Shown here: positions 39,910 through 50,352 of the stretch, piece after piece
How positions within the stretch are numbered: position 1 is the stretch's first letter
How the letters are laid out: each line of letters begins with the position of its first letter
NCBI GenBank assembly: GCA_963847625.1
Contig: CAWKAR010000025.1
Span: 64,001 to 128,000 of the forward strand
Direction of reading: 5' to 3'
Source of the DNA: a candidate division FCPU426 bacterium
GTDB taxonomy: Bacteria; Oederibacteriota; Muellerivitia; Muellerivitales; Muellerivitaceae
DNA: 64,000 nucleotides
The notes under the pieces: model-generated
What the model saw: only the letters and a program-made list of their open reading frames with translations
What the model was told of the DNA's origin: nothing
Databases searched by the model: none
Position numbers and translations under genes: made by a program

Positions 39910-40641
39910 TTATTTTCGGATTCCCATAATACTGACCGCGACTCCCATGGTCTTGCTATCGCTCACGACATCCTTGAACCCGCATTTTTCAACGAGTTTC
40001 CGGAATTCATCCGCCGTAGTGAAATTCTTGGCGGATTTCTGTAGATAATCGTAGGCAGTCTTGTCCTTGGAAACAACCCCTCCGCGAATGGGCAGAATCT
40101 TTCCGACATAAAATGCATAGGCCAATTTGGTCCAAAATCCGGTGGGCTTGAAAAACTCCAGAATCACGGCCCTTCCCCCGGTTTTCAACACCCTGGCGAT
40201 TTCCTTCAATCCCGCCTCCGCGGAATCCAGGTTACGCACCCCGAAACCGCAAACCACGGCGTCAAATGCCATGTCCTGGAATGGCAGTTTTAACGCGTCC
40301 GCCTCCAAAAGGTTGAAACCTTCTTTTGAGCCAATCTTCCCCTTGGCTAATTGAAGCATGGGTTTGGCAAAGTCCGCCAAGATGACTTGGGCCTTCGGAA
40401 CTTGTTCCTTAACCGCGAGGGCGAAATCCCCCGTTCCCGCGCAAAGGTCCAAAACCTTGTTCGGAACGAATCCCCCTTTTAAAAGCTGTTTCACCGATTC
40501 CTTCCGCCACTGGATGTCCTTGTTGAAAGACAATTGGTGGTTTGCCTGGTCATAAGTGCCCGCGATGCGGGAAAACATATCCTGGATAGTCGCGCTCATT
40601 TTAAAACCTTTCAAATCTGGAATTTCAATTTGTAAACCCAT
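39910..40641 (-). CDS. ubiE: Demethylmenaquinone methyltransferase UbiE/MenG
   Basis: MFSRIAGTYDQAN, VLDLCAGTGD, DALKLPF and FGVRN motifs. Confidence 0.92.
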   Translation of the reverse strand: MGLQIEIPDLKGFKMSATIQDMFSRIAGTYDQANHQLSFNKDIQWRKESVKQLLKGGFVPNKVLDLCAGTGDFALAVKEQVPKAQVILADFAKPMLQLAKGKIGSKEGFNLLEADALKLPFQDMAFDAVVCGFGVRNLDSAEAGLKEIARVLKTGGRAVILEFFKPTGFWTKLAYAFYVGKILPIRGGVVSKDKTAYDYLQKSAKNFTTADEFRKLVEKCGFKDVVSDSKTMGVAVSIMGIRK

Positions 40642-40673
40642 CCCCCCTGGGATGGTTCCCTCACTAAAACCCG

Positions 40674-42125
40674 CTATTTAATAAGACCCATCTTTTTAAG
40701 TATCGGCCTGACACGTTCTTCCACTTGAGGATCCATCTTTAACTCATCAGGCCATTCCCGGTGGAACCCCTCCTCTTTCCACTTCCGCGTGGCGTCAATC
40801 CCGATCTTTCCTCCCCAACCCCATTGGGGAGAGGTATGGTCCAGTACGTCCAAAGGCCCTTCCGTGATCAGCACATCCCTCTTGGCGTCCATGCAATTCC
40901 CCACCCTCCATAAAACCTGGCTGTAATTGTGGACATCCGTATCCTCATCCACTACCACCACCGCTTTATTGAGCATCATCTGCCCCAAACCCCAGAGGGC
41001 GAACATGACTTTCCGGGCATGCTGGGGATATTGCTTCTTGATGGAGACAATCGCCAGATTGTGGAATAGACCTTCAAAAGGCAGGTCCATATCCACCACT
41101 TCCGGCAATAACTTTTGGAGGATGGGCAAAAATAGCCTTTCGGTGGCCTTTCCAAAAAAAGCGTCTTCCATTGGAGGTTTTCCAACAATGGTAGCGGGAT
41201 AAATGGGATTTTTTCGGCGGGTGATGCAAGTGACGTGAAAGACGGGATAGTCATCGGCCAAGCTGTAATAGCCCGTATGATCCCCGAAAGGCCCTTCCGC
41301 CTGTCTTTCCCCCGGTTCAACATAACCTTCCAAAACAAAATCAGCGTCCGCGTTCACCATCAAATCGACGGTTTTGCACTGAACCAATTCGATTGGTTTT
41401 TTCCGGAGAAACCCGGCAAACAAAAGCTCGTCCACCCCATCCGGCAAGGGCGCGGTGGCGGCGTAGGTCAAAGCGGGGTCCCCTCCCAAGGCAACAACGG
41501 CTTCCAAACGTTTGCCCAATTTTTCCGCAGTTCGGTAATGGGCGGCTCCATGATGGTGAACCTGCCAATGCATTCCGGTTGTTTTCCCGTCATAAACCTG
41601 CATTCGATACATGCCGATATTGCGGATACCCGATTCCGGGTCCTGGGTAAAAACCAATGGCAGGGTGATAAACCGGCCGCCGTCCTGGGGCCAGCACTTC
41701 AAAACCGGCAGGGTGTTAAGATCCGGATTTTTCTCCACCACCTCCTGGCAGGCACCACCGGAGACTTCTTTTGGCGGATAGTTGCCAATTTCCACCAATT
41801 TGGGAAGAAGTTTGACCTTATCGGCGAAACCCTTCGGAGGCTTCATTTCCATCAAGTCCTTGATGGCCCGGGCGTGCTCCTCTAGGTCCTCCACCCCCAG
41901 GCTCAGGCTCATGCGGCGGTAGGACCCAAAGGCGTTGATCAATACCGGGAAAGGGCTTCCCTTGGCTTTTTCAAATAATAGGGCCTTTCCCCCTTGGGGG
42001 GACTTGGACATTTTGTCGGCGATGGTGGTGATTTCCAGGATTGGGTCCACTTCTTCCTTCACCCGGACCAACTCACCCTTTTTCTCAAGGATCGCGATGA
42101 AGTCACTTAAGGAGGAATAAGGCAT
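40674..42125 (-). CDS. ubiD: UbiD-family menaquinone biosynthesis decarboxylase
   Basis: DGGRFIT, NIGMYRMQ, EGPFGDHTGYY and KIGIDAT motifs. Confidence 0.95.
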   Translation of the reverse strand: MPYSSLSDFIAILEKKGELVRVKEEVDPILEITTIADKMSKSPQGGKALLFEKAKGSPFPVLINAFGSYRRMSLSLGVEDLEEHARAIKDLMEMKPPKGFADKVKLLPKLVEIGNYPPKEVSGGACQEVVEKNPDLNTLPVLKCWPQDGGRFITLPLVFTQDPESGIRNIGMYRMQVYDGKTTGMHWQVHHHGAAHYRTAEKLGKRLEAVVALGGDPALTYAATAPLPDGVDELLFAGFLRKKPIELVQCKTVDLMVNADADFVLEGYVEPGERQAEGPFGDHTGYYSLADDYPVFHVTCITRRKNPIYPATIVGKPPMEDAFFGKATERLFLPILQKLLPEVVDMDLPFEGLFHNLAIVSIKKQYPQHARKVMFALWGLGQMMLNKAVVVVDEDTDVHNYSQVLWRVGNCMDAKRDVLITEGPLDVLDHTSPQWGWGGKIGIDATRKWKEEGFHREWPDELKMDPQVEERVRPILKKMGLIK

Positions 42126-42483
42126 GTTGAACCCTTCATGATAGTAAGAGTTTTATTTGCGTAAGTCTTTTCGGTTCGATGTTTGAGCCTGTGCTTAATC
42201 CAATTTTTGGTTTTTACCGTTTTAAAAGCCCAATAGAGCTGGGGGAATCAGCAGGTTAAAAACGAATGACTCAACAATCTCGTTTGAATTTGAACTCAAG
42301 GGGTGGCATTTTACGCCAGTTCGGGCAGGGCCTCAATATCCACTTTTCCATACTTATACCCAAGTACCTGCCCAGTATGGATTTCGTCAATATCCAGGTG
42401 GTTAAAGAACGGTGAAATGAGAAATCCAGGTAATGGCGGGCTTGGCTTGGCGCACCAAGAAAACATTTTTTTATACTGGAATC

Positions 42484-43728
42484 TTATCGCACGAGCAGGA
42501 CTCTTTTTATTTTAGTGCCGAAGGGTTCCACGAGGTCAATGAGGTAAACCCCGCTGGCACAGGGGTCGCCATACTTGTTGGTCCCATCCCATTGGTACGA
42601 CTGGCTGATGGGAGCTTCGAGTTCTTCGGAAGCGAGCGTTTTAATGTGTTCGCCGGCCGAATTATAAATCCGCAAGTCGTAACTCCCTGGATACTGGGTA
42701 TATTCCACGAAAATGGAAACCGGATCCGAGGGATTGAAGGTGTTTTTGGACACGTAAAAGACGTCGGCGACGACAGGCGTAAGGGTGATGGTGGGAGTGG
42801 CGGTGGGCGTGGGAGTAATCGTAGGGGTGTTCGTGATCGTAAAGGTATTGGTGATCGTGGGGGTATTGGTAAGGGTGGGGGTGGGCGTGGGGGTGGGCGT
42901 CGGGGAGACCGTCGGAGTCATGGTCGGGGTTAAGGTAAAGGTCAACGTATTGGTGGGCGTGGGGGTGACCGTCGGGGTGTCCGTCGGAGGAAAGGTCGGG
43001 GTGACGGTCGGCGTATTGGTGGGGGTCCCTAACGCGGAACAAGAGTTTACGGTATAATTTTTGTATTCATTTTGGTTTGGCGAATTTAAATAGCCGCTCC
43101 TGATTCCAACGGCCCCGGTCGTAAAGGTGGAGTCCGTAACGTTAAATATCAGCTGGTTGCCGTTGCCGTTATTGAAGTTCAAGTAGCACATAAAATTAGT
43201 CCCGCAGCAAACGACTGTCATATGGACCCAGGTTCCGACGGTATAGGTTGGTGTTGACGCGGTGCTTATATAAGACCAACCGCTTGACGAGTGTTTCTCA
43301 AACTGCCACTGCCCATAGTTGATTTGAAACGAATAGAAATCCGCCCCGGTTTGGCCCTTGAAAATGATGCCGAAAATCCCGCCAACTTGCGCGGACATGA
43401 CATCGCACTGGATGGTGTAGTCGGTCAACGCGGGGTTGAAATTCGCGGGGGTCACCAAGAATTGTTCGGCACAGTAGGTGGGATTGGCCGTATTGAGCAA
43501 AATCCCGCCCGAGGCGCTGAAGTAATTCGTGTAATTCGGGTCCGGAGTCCCCGGGTCGCCGTAATAAAAATTGTAATTGGAGAGGCTGGCATTCGAGGAA
43601 TAGTTATCCTGGAAAAGAACCCCCCCGAGGCTTGGGCAACAACCCTGGCCATAAGCCAAACCGGAGGATCCCGCGAAAATAAGGGCGAATAAAACAGGAA
43701 AAGAGAGATGTTTACAGATAGTTTTCAT
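42484..43728 (-). CDS. Secreted protein: concanavalin/DUF1080-like domain, Pro/Thr linker, FlgD-Ig/T9SS-CTD-like tail
   Basis: Signal peptide; TPT repeats; tail SKNTFNP...LRIYNSAGEHIKTL...WDGTN...SGVYLI. Confidence 0.75.
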   Translation of the reverse strand: MKTICKHLSFPVLFALIFAGSSGLAYGQGCCPSLGGVLFQDNYSSNASLSNYNFYYGDPGTPDPNYTNYFSASGGILLNTANPTYCAEQFLVTPANFNPALTDYTIQCDVMSAQVGGIFGIIFKGQTGADFYSFQINYGQWQFEKHSSSGWSYISTASTPTYTVGTWVHMTVVCCGTNFMCYLNFNNGNGNQLIFNVTDSTFTTGAVGIRSGYLNSPNQNEYKNYTVNSCSALGTPTNTPTVTPTFPPTDTPTVTPTPTNTLTFTLTPTMTPTVSPTPTPTPTPTLTNTPTITNTFTITNTPTITPTPTATPTITLTPVVADVFYVSKNTFNPSDPVSIFVEYTQYPGSYDLRIYNSAGEHIKTLASEELEAPISQSYQWDGTNKYGDPCASGVYLIDLVEPFGTKIKRVLLVR

Positions 43729-44046
43729 TGTTTTTCTTTATCAACCTCATCCATATATATTAATTTAGCCAGATTACCGCCAGACCATTATCAATAATTA
43801 TATCGCCCTTTCACTGGACACTGGGCTGGATTTTGCGAAACCAGCGTGAGCCATCAGTCAACCACTAATTGTTATCAGCTGATTTATTTTTGCGGGAATG
43901 GCTTGAGAAAGGGGATTCCGGCCGGCGAGGAGGATATGGATGGGGTATAGGCTACCCAGCCTGGTCCGGACACCAGTTTTTAATTCCCTTCCCCGGAAAC
44001 CATCACAACCAAATTCCCCTCGTATCTTGAAATCTGCTTTCAGTCA

Positions 44047-47000
44047 TCATTTTAAAACCAATAGCTTGAAGATTTTTCGCTCAAAGTTAATGTCAACCAC
44101 GACGTAATAAAGTCCGTTGGCCAGCGGCATCCCCCAGAAGTCCTTCAGTTCGACAGGCAATTGATAAATCCCGGGTGGCAACTGGGAAAATGAATTTTCA
44201 TTCACTTTGCGGAAAACCGTGGTAAAAATTTTCAGGCTCACTTGGTTGACCAGATCATTTAACGCGAATTGCAGGGTCACAGGTTCCGGACCCCTGGCGG
44301 GGTCGGGATAGAGAATGGTTTTCACTATTGGGGTGGCCGTGACCGTGGGTGAGTAGGTGGAGGTCGATGTCGGCGTAAAACTCGCGGTGAATGTCGCGGA
44401 AGGCGTCATCGAATTTGTCGGCGAAGAAGTAATGGTATAGGTGCTTGTCGGAGTGCTGGAATAAGTGGCCGTTGGGGTTTCGGTGACAGTGGGGGTCGGG
44501 GTCGGGGTATCCGTGGGTAAGGGTGTTGTGGTTGAGATCGGGGCGTCTATTATTTGGGTTTTAGTGGAAGTGGGTGTTCCGGTCGAAGTGAAAGTGGGAG
44601 TGGAGGTCGCGGTTGGCATGCCGATAGTGGTGTTGGTGGGTGTGGGGGTAACGGTGGGGCTGAGGGTGGATGTGGGTGTCGGTGTGGGAGTGTTAGTGAT
44701 GACATCGATGCATGTGTATACGTGATAGTTTCGGATATGCGCCATGTTGGGGTCCAATAAAAACTCGGTCCGGAACCCCACACCGCCTGAAGTGTACGGC
44801 GGCGAAGCCGTCGTGTCGGTCAAGCTGTAAACCAATTGATCGCCGTTTCCATCGTACAGGTTCACATAGCAATAAAAGGTCGAGCCGGCAACCACCACCT
44901 TCAGGTGGACCCAATTGCCCGGCGTGTAAACCGGCGCGGCAAGCCCCGTGCCGAAGCCGGCGGGCGGCAGGTAGGTAAAGGCGCTTCCCCCCGCCCCGGT
45001 ATCCTTCTGGATCTGCCAATGCGGGTTTGCCCCGTTCTCCGAGTTTCCATTCCATTGAAAGATATAGCCTGTCACGTTGGCCTGTTCCAGGAATTCCAAG
45101 CCAAAAAGGCCGTAATTGTCCGTCCGATGGTCCAGTTTGAAATCCGCTTCCACCGTGTAATTGCTGTAAGCCCAGCTAAACTGCGCGGCATTCAATTGGA
45201 CGTAGGAATGAAGCGTAGCGCCGGCGGAAGAGGATTGCTGCAATTCGCCGCCATTGACCGCGTAATTCAGGGAGGCCGCGGTCATGGAGACGGCGCTGCC
45301 CAAAGTGTAAAAAGTGTAATTCGAAAGGCTGGCGCTGCTGGGGAAAGTGTCAAGGAACTCCACTAGTTGCTGGTTTGAGCCGCAAACAATCGCGGGTGTA
45401 TTCGTGGGGGTCAGGTAAATTCCAGTCGGCGTTATGGTTGGGGTGCAGGTGCTGGTGGGGGTGGAAGTCGGCGTGGGGGGAACGCAGGAAATACTCAATG
45501 AGACATTGTCGAAAGTGGCGCTGGCCAGGGAATGAACGCCGGCGCTGGACACGGCGAATCCCACCGGGGGGTTGGCGCCGATGGTGGTGAGGGTGACCGC
45601 TCCCACCTGGGTCCAGGTCGACCCGTTGACGGATTCATAACCCGTATAGATGTTTCCCGAGCGCTGGAGTTGGAACCAAACCGGGGCCGGCGGATTGGGC
45701 CCGCCGAACGACGTCGTGTTGCCGCCCTGGGTGGAGCGGTAGGCGAAAACCGCCTGGGCCCCGTTATAAGCCATGCCCAGGTAAACGTAAGGGGAGTCAT
45801 CCGCGGAATTGTCCCGGAACATGAGTCCGGCCTGGTTGTTCGAACTACCGTTTTGGATACCGGTCAAACGCGCCGTCAAGGTGCTGTACCCGCAGGAAGG
45901 CTGGCTCACGAACTGGAAGGAATCCTGCTCGATACCGCTTAAATTCATGCCGATGCCGAACCCCGCCCCGTTTACCGTGAAGGTTCCGCCGGAATAACTG
46001 CTGCTTCCCAAAAGACGCATGTACTTCAATTCCAAGGGTGTGGCCGTAGTTTGCATGAGCCAGCCGATGTCCTGGTCCACCCATGGGGAAGGCAGGGTGG
46101 AATTTACGTAGATGCTGATGGGGCAGGAAAACTGGGCCGTTCCCAGCTTGTTGATGGCGTGGGCGGTAATGAAATGGCTGCCCGACGGGACTAGGGGCCA
46201 GTTGATGTCATAGGGGGAGGAGGTGGAGGTTCCAAGGAATTGGCTGTCCACGAAAAAATCCACTTGGGCTATGCCGGCCGTGGAAGCCGCCGAGGCAGTC
46301 AACGCGAGGGTGAGGGGGCCGGTCATGACCGATCCATCCGGGGGGCTGGTCAGGCTCACCGTGGGCACGTCCAGTCCCGAAGCCGGCGGAACGGAAGCGG
46401 CCATAGGAGGCGCGGTTTGGTTGATGGTGCGGGCGTTGTCCTCGGTGTTGGCCACTCCCGTGGCCACGCCCAGGTAAGTCTCAAGGGGGGTGGAGAAATA
46501 GGGGGTATAAACCCCGGGCGCATAGGCCATGATGGTTCGGTATTGGACGCCTTGGGAGGTATAGCGGTTGCCCGCAGAGTAGGAATAAACACCCGGTCCG
46601 CCGTTTGCGAAATCGTGGCCGCACCCAAGGTTGTGTCCCATTTCGTGGATCATCGCCTCGGCGAAAATCACGTGTTCCATGCTGTAATGGCCCGGCAAAA
46701 AACCAAGGCCCATGACCGGGTCCGATCCCGCCACCAGCATGTTCACCATGACCGCCCCATAAGAACTTTGTATGGCCTGGATAGCGGAAATGGTTCCGTT
46801 CCCCATGTTGGGCAGGTCGGTGAACATGCTTCCCTGTTCGGTGTAATTGACCTGGCCGGAGTAAACCAACTGCATCTGCGCGTTGATGCCGCTGTTGAAG
46901 TAGACCATGTTGTTGTAGAAAACGACCGTATCGATGAGGGATTCCATGGCTTGAGCGCTGCCCATGACACCCAACGCCGCGGGGGTGTAAACCACGGCCA

Positions 47001-47616
47001 GGTTCAACACGGTCGGGTTCAGGGCGTAATGACAGCCGGCTGGATAGTTGAGGGGTATAAGCCAGGGCATGCCTTCCTGGGGGAAGCCGGCCGCTAACCG
47101 GGAGTCTGAAAGCCCCGGATGGGAACCGTCCAGGCCGCACTGGAGGCCTTTTTCCTCGTCCACCTCCATGATCCGGTGAAGTCCGTTTCCCGCGGGGAGG
47201 ATTTTAAAAGTCCCCTTCCCCGGGATGAAAAAGATGCCGGTCATGATTCCATCGGCGTGGGTGACCACGCCCATGCTACCCGTCACCTCCTTGAATTGGC
47301 CGGTATAAACCGTCCTGCCATGGGGCCTTTTCTCGGCGTGCCCCAAGACAAGGGTGTAATCGGCATCGTCAAAAAGATTCATGTGAAGTTGTGGCTGGGC
47401 GCCCGGATGGAAACGCTCCGGATGGATTGATTCCAGGAATTCCTTGTGGAATTTCACGAACCGGTCGCGTTTAACGAAGGATTCCGCCCGGTAGGTGGCG
47501 GGCCGGGGGGCTTCTTCAAAGACTTTCGGGCCATCGGCGGCTTGTGCGAGGAACCTGGATAGGAAAAAACTTCCGGCCAACACCGCGACGGATAGGATTC
47601 GTTGGATATATTTCAT
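44047..47616 (-). CDS. Secreted multidomain reprolysin-like (M12B) zinc metalloprotease with Ig-like, beta-sandwich, Pro/Thr and CTD-like domains
   Basis: HEMGHNLGCGH zinc motif with RTIMAY Met-turn; PTVSLTSP Ig domain; tail LYPDP...KIFTTVFRKV...LANGLYYV; start ATG 47616 precedes a signal peptide. Confidence 0.85.
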   Translation of the reverse strand: MKYIQRILSVAVLAGSFFLSRFLAQAADGPKVFEEAPRPATYRAESFVKRDRFVKFHKEFLESIHPERFHPGAQPQLHMNLFDDADYTLVLGHAEKRPHGRTVYTGQFKEVTGSMGVVTHADGIMTGIFFIPGKGTFKILPAGNGLHRIMEVDEEKGLQCGLDGSHPGLSDSRLAAGFPQEGMPWLIPLNYPAGCHYALNPTVLNLAVVYTPAALGVMGSAQAMESLIDTVVFYNNMVYFNSGINAQMQLVYSGQVNYTEQGSMFTDLPNMGNGTISAIQAIQSSYGAVMVNMLVAGSDPVMGLGFLPGHYSMEHVIFAEAMIHEMGHNLGCGHDFANGGPGVYSYSAGNRYTSQGVQYRTIMAYAPGVYTPYFSTPLETYLGVATGVANTEDNARTINQTAPPMAASVPPASGLDVPTVSLTSPPDGSVMTGPLTLALTASAASTAGIAQVDFFVDSQFLGTSTSSPYDINWPLVPSGSHFITAHAINKLGTAQFSCPISIYVNSTLPSPWVDQDIGWLMQTTATPLELKYMRLLGSSSYSGGTFTVNGAGFGIGMNLSGIEQDSFQFVSQPSCGYSTLTARLTGIQNGSSNNQAGLMFRDNSADDSPYVYLGMAYNGAQAVFAYRSTQGGNTTSFGGPNPPAPVWFQLQRSGNIYTGYESVNGSTWTQVGAVTLTTIGANPPVGFAVSSAGVHSLASATFDNVSLSISCVPPTPTSTPTSTCTPTITPTGIYLTPTNTPAIVCGSNQQLVEFLDTFPSSASLSNYTFYTLGSAVSMTAASLNYAVNGGELQQSSSAGATLHSYVQLNAAQFSWAYSNYTVEADFKLDHRTDNYGLFGLEFLEQANVTGYIFQWNGNSENGANPHWQIQKDTGAGGSAFTYLPPAGFGTGLAAPVYTPGNWVHLKVVVAGSTFYCYVNLYDGNGDQLVYSLTDTTASPPYTSGGVGFRTEFLLDPNMAHIRNYHVYTCIDVITNTPTPTPTSTLSPTVTPTPTNTTIGMPTATSTPTFTSTGTPTSTKTQIIDAPISTTTPLPTDTPTPTPTVTETPTATYSSTPTSTYTITSSPTNSMTPSATFTASFTPTSTSTYSPTVTATPIVKTILYPDPARGPEPVTLQFALNDLVNQVSLKIFTTVFRKVNENSFSQLPPGIYQLPVELKDFWGMPLANGLYYVVVDINFERKIFKLLVLK

Positions 47617-47941
47617 CGACTCACCAATCGATCGGATGAAAAATTGAAACCTCTGAAAAACTAAAATAAAGCGGCAAACAGAGGTTTCGACCCCAAAGAT
47701 TTCCGCAGGAAATTGTGGGGTTACCTTCAATGGTTGCTGAAAAAGTTGGCGATAAGCCGACTTTTTCAGAGGTTACAAATTAATAATTTCCGAGCCGCTT
47801 TTCAAAATGACTCATAATATAGTGTCTAGCTGATAAACGTCAGATCATCGCTAACCGTTAAAAACGTCACATCATTGATGACTGCCTCTTTAGAAGGAGT
47901 AAAAATTATACTCATGAACATCTCTTGAAAGGGAGGTATTC

Positions 47942-49112
47942 ATGAAGGAGGAAGCGCAAAAAGAACGCATTTTAGCTGTGGAAAAGTACCAAAAGGGTGA
48001 AAGTCCCACCGCCATCTGTAGAGCCTTGGGGCATTCCAAATTTTGGCTCTACAAATGGCTGAAGCGTTATAAGACCAAAAAAAAAGGCTTGGTACGTCGA
48101 GGGATCGAAAGCCCGGCAACGCTATCCGGATCGCACGAAGGAGGAAATTGAAAAGGCCGTTCAGATGGTTCGTCTCCAACTCTACAACCAGGGGGTGTTT
48201 TGCGGAACGCAAGCCATACTGGGTGAGTTGGCGGACCTGGGGATTCAATCGCTTCCATCGCCCAGTACTGTGGACCGAATCCTGAGGCGCAATCAACTGA
48301 CCCATCGAAGGACGGGGCGGTATTTTGCCAAAGGAACGCCCTATCCAAAGCTTTCAGGACATGCTGTGAATGAGGTGCAGCAAGCGGACTGGGTGGGAGC
48401 GAATTACCTTTTGGGAGGACCTCGGTTTTACAGTTTGAACGCAGTGGACCTGGCCACGGGACGTTGTGGAATCCAACCGTCGTTGGGAAGGGATGGGCAG
48501 AGCGTTTTTAACGCATTCTGGGCCATTTGGAGGCGTTTGGGAATCCCCCAGAACCTCCAGGTGGATAACGCCGAGGAGTTTTATGGAAGTCCGAAGTATC
48601 CGAGGGGAATGGGGCCTTTAATCCGGCTTTGCCTGCATCAGGGCATTGAATTGTGGTTCATTCCACCGGCAGAGCCCTGGCGCAACGGAGTGGTGGAAAA
48701 GTTCAACGACCACTACGAACAAAAATTCCTGGGGAAAGTGAACCTGAGACCGGGAAAGGCTCTGTGGACGAAATCTCTCGGGTTCGAGAACAAACACAAC
48801 AGCCGGTACCGCTACAGCAAGCTCAAGGGCAGGACGCCTTTACAGGCCCTGGAAGGATTGGGGGAGAAGCCGAGATTTCCTTACGAAACCCAACCACCCC
48901 AACATCCGTTGTCCAAACCGACGAGTGGGAAATACCACTTGGTTCGGCTGATACGGAGCAACCACCGGTTGAACATGTTCGGAGAGATGTTCGAAGTGCC
49001 TAAAAGTCTAACCCATGAGTATGTAGTGGGGACAGTAGATGTTCGAAGGCAGAAACTAGAACTGTTCCATGATGGCTTGAAGGCGGAGGAGTACGATTAC
49101 AAACTGCGGTAG
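47942..49112 (+). pseudogene. IS481-like transposase, split by a +1 frameshift at A9 48077-48085
   Basis: HTH (WLYKWLKRY) followed by a DDE core (QADW, QVDNA, NGVVEKFN); A8 would give a single ORF. Confidence 0.85.
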
Positions 49113-49123
49113 AAAGAGGTTGT

Positions 49124-49150
49124 CCCAGGAGGGCTAAGAGCCCTCCTGGG
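49124..49150. terminator. Hairpin downstream of the IS481 transposase
   Basis: Perfect 12-bp stem cccaggagggct/agccctcctggg; no clear T tail. Confidence 0.45.
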
Positions 49151-49563
49151 GAGTTATCGATGATGTGACGTATCATTAAGTCATCGATGATCTGACGTTT
49201 ATCATCTAGCCATTAGGCTATATTCCACCAGCAGGTCGCTAAATATTAGCTTTTAACCGGATTTTCCCAAATGACCTTGCCCCACTAGTCGCCAGCTAAT
49301 TTGTCGCCTCATTATAATGCCGCTCCCCTTCTTTTTCACTCCAGGTTATGCCAAACGATTCCTTATTCTCGAAGGAAATTTCCATCTGGATAATCCGGAT
49401 TAAGGAAACCAGCAAATCCCATGAAACTAAAAAAGAGGATGAGGGCGCCGGCCCAGCCGGCCAGATTTTTGCCGCAAGTTTCCGGCTAAAGGCTCCTCCC
49501 ATAGGACTTCCAAGGTCATCAGTACACCGAAAGCCCCTAAATAATAAAGGGCCAAATCTGTTC

Positions 49564-50352
49564 TCACTCTTCTTTCTTCCTTCCCCATTTTTTTACTTTC
49601 GGAAAAACCTTCGGATAAAAAACTTTCACCAGGAATAATCCATTGGATGGCAAAGTAGGTCCCGCCTTTTTCCGGTCCTTGGAATGGAGGATAGGTTTCA
49701 TGTCCCCGGGCTTGAATTTGCCAAGGCCCACGTAAAGGAGGGTGCCGCTGAGGATTCTAACCATCTGGTGAAGGAAGGATTCGCCGAGGTATTCAATAAA
49801 AATATTGTTTCCTCTTTTTTTAACCGTGACCCTGATCAGGTTTCTTTTGGGGTTGGCCCTCTTCCCCAAGGTACCCCTAAAAGCCGTAAAATCATGCCTC
49901 CCCTGCAATTCCTTGCCCGCTTTCGCCATGGCCGGCACATCCAAACCATGACGAACATGATGGTAGGTGTGCCGGTCAAAAACGGTGTAATCCCTCGTAT
50001 TTCGGATGACATAACGGTAAAGTCTGGCCTTCGCGTGATAGGTGGCGTGAAAGGTTGCCGGTACTTCCTTGGCGGATACGATCCGGATGTCGTGTGGTAA
50101 TAGTTGATTTAATACCTTGTGAATCCGATGGGTCGGCAAGGAAGAAAAGGTGTGAAAATTGGCGGTTTGGCCTAGGGAGTGGACTCCCGAGTCGGTTCTT
50201 CCCGCCACAAGAAGGTCCACTGGATGCCCGCAAATCTTCCGCAAGCGGTCCTCTAGTGTGCACTGGATGGTGGGGGCTTGGGCTTGCTTCTGCCATCCGG
50301 AATAGGCGGTCCCGTCATACTCCACCGTCAATCGGATGTTCCTCATCCTCAC
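49564..50352 (-). CDS. truA: tRNA pseudouridine(38-40) synthase
   Basis: YDGTAYSGWQ, AGRTDSGVH, HDFTAF and FLHQMVR motifs. Confidence 0.96.
   Translation of the reverse strand: MRMRNIRLTVEYDGTAYSGWQKQAQAPTIQCTLEDRLRKICGHPVDLLVAGRTDSGVHSLGQTANFHTFSSLPTHRIHKVLNQLLPHDIRIVSAKEVPATFHATYHAKARLYRYVIRNTRDYTVFDRHTYHHVRHGLDVPAMAKAGKELQGRHDFTAFRGTLGKRANPKRNLIRVTVKKRGNNIFIEYLGESFLHQMVRILSGTLLYVGLGKFKPGDMKPILHSKDRKKAGPTLPSNGLFLVKVFYPKVFPKVKKWGRKKEE

Larger units (their letters stand above)
47831..49204 (+). mobile_element. IS481-family insertion sequence (1374 bp)
   Basis: IRs tgataaacgtcagatcatcg with two tandem repeats per end; 6-bp target duplication TCTAGC (47825-47830 and 49205-49210), matching the IS481 NCTAGN target. 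Confidence 0.88.

Noticed and set aside
42310..42466. Minus-strand ORF of about 51 aa between ubiD and the Pro/Thr protein
   Set aside because: No RBS or motif seen; may be a remnant but is unsupported.
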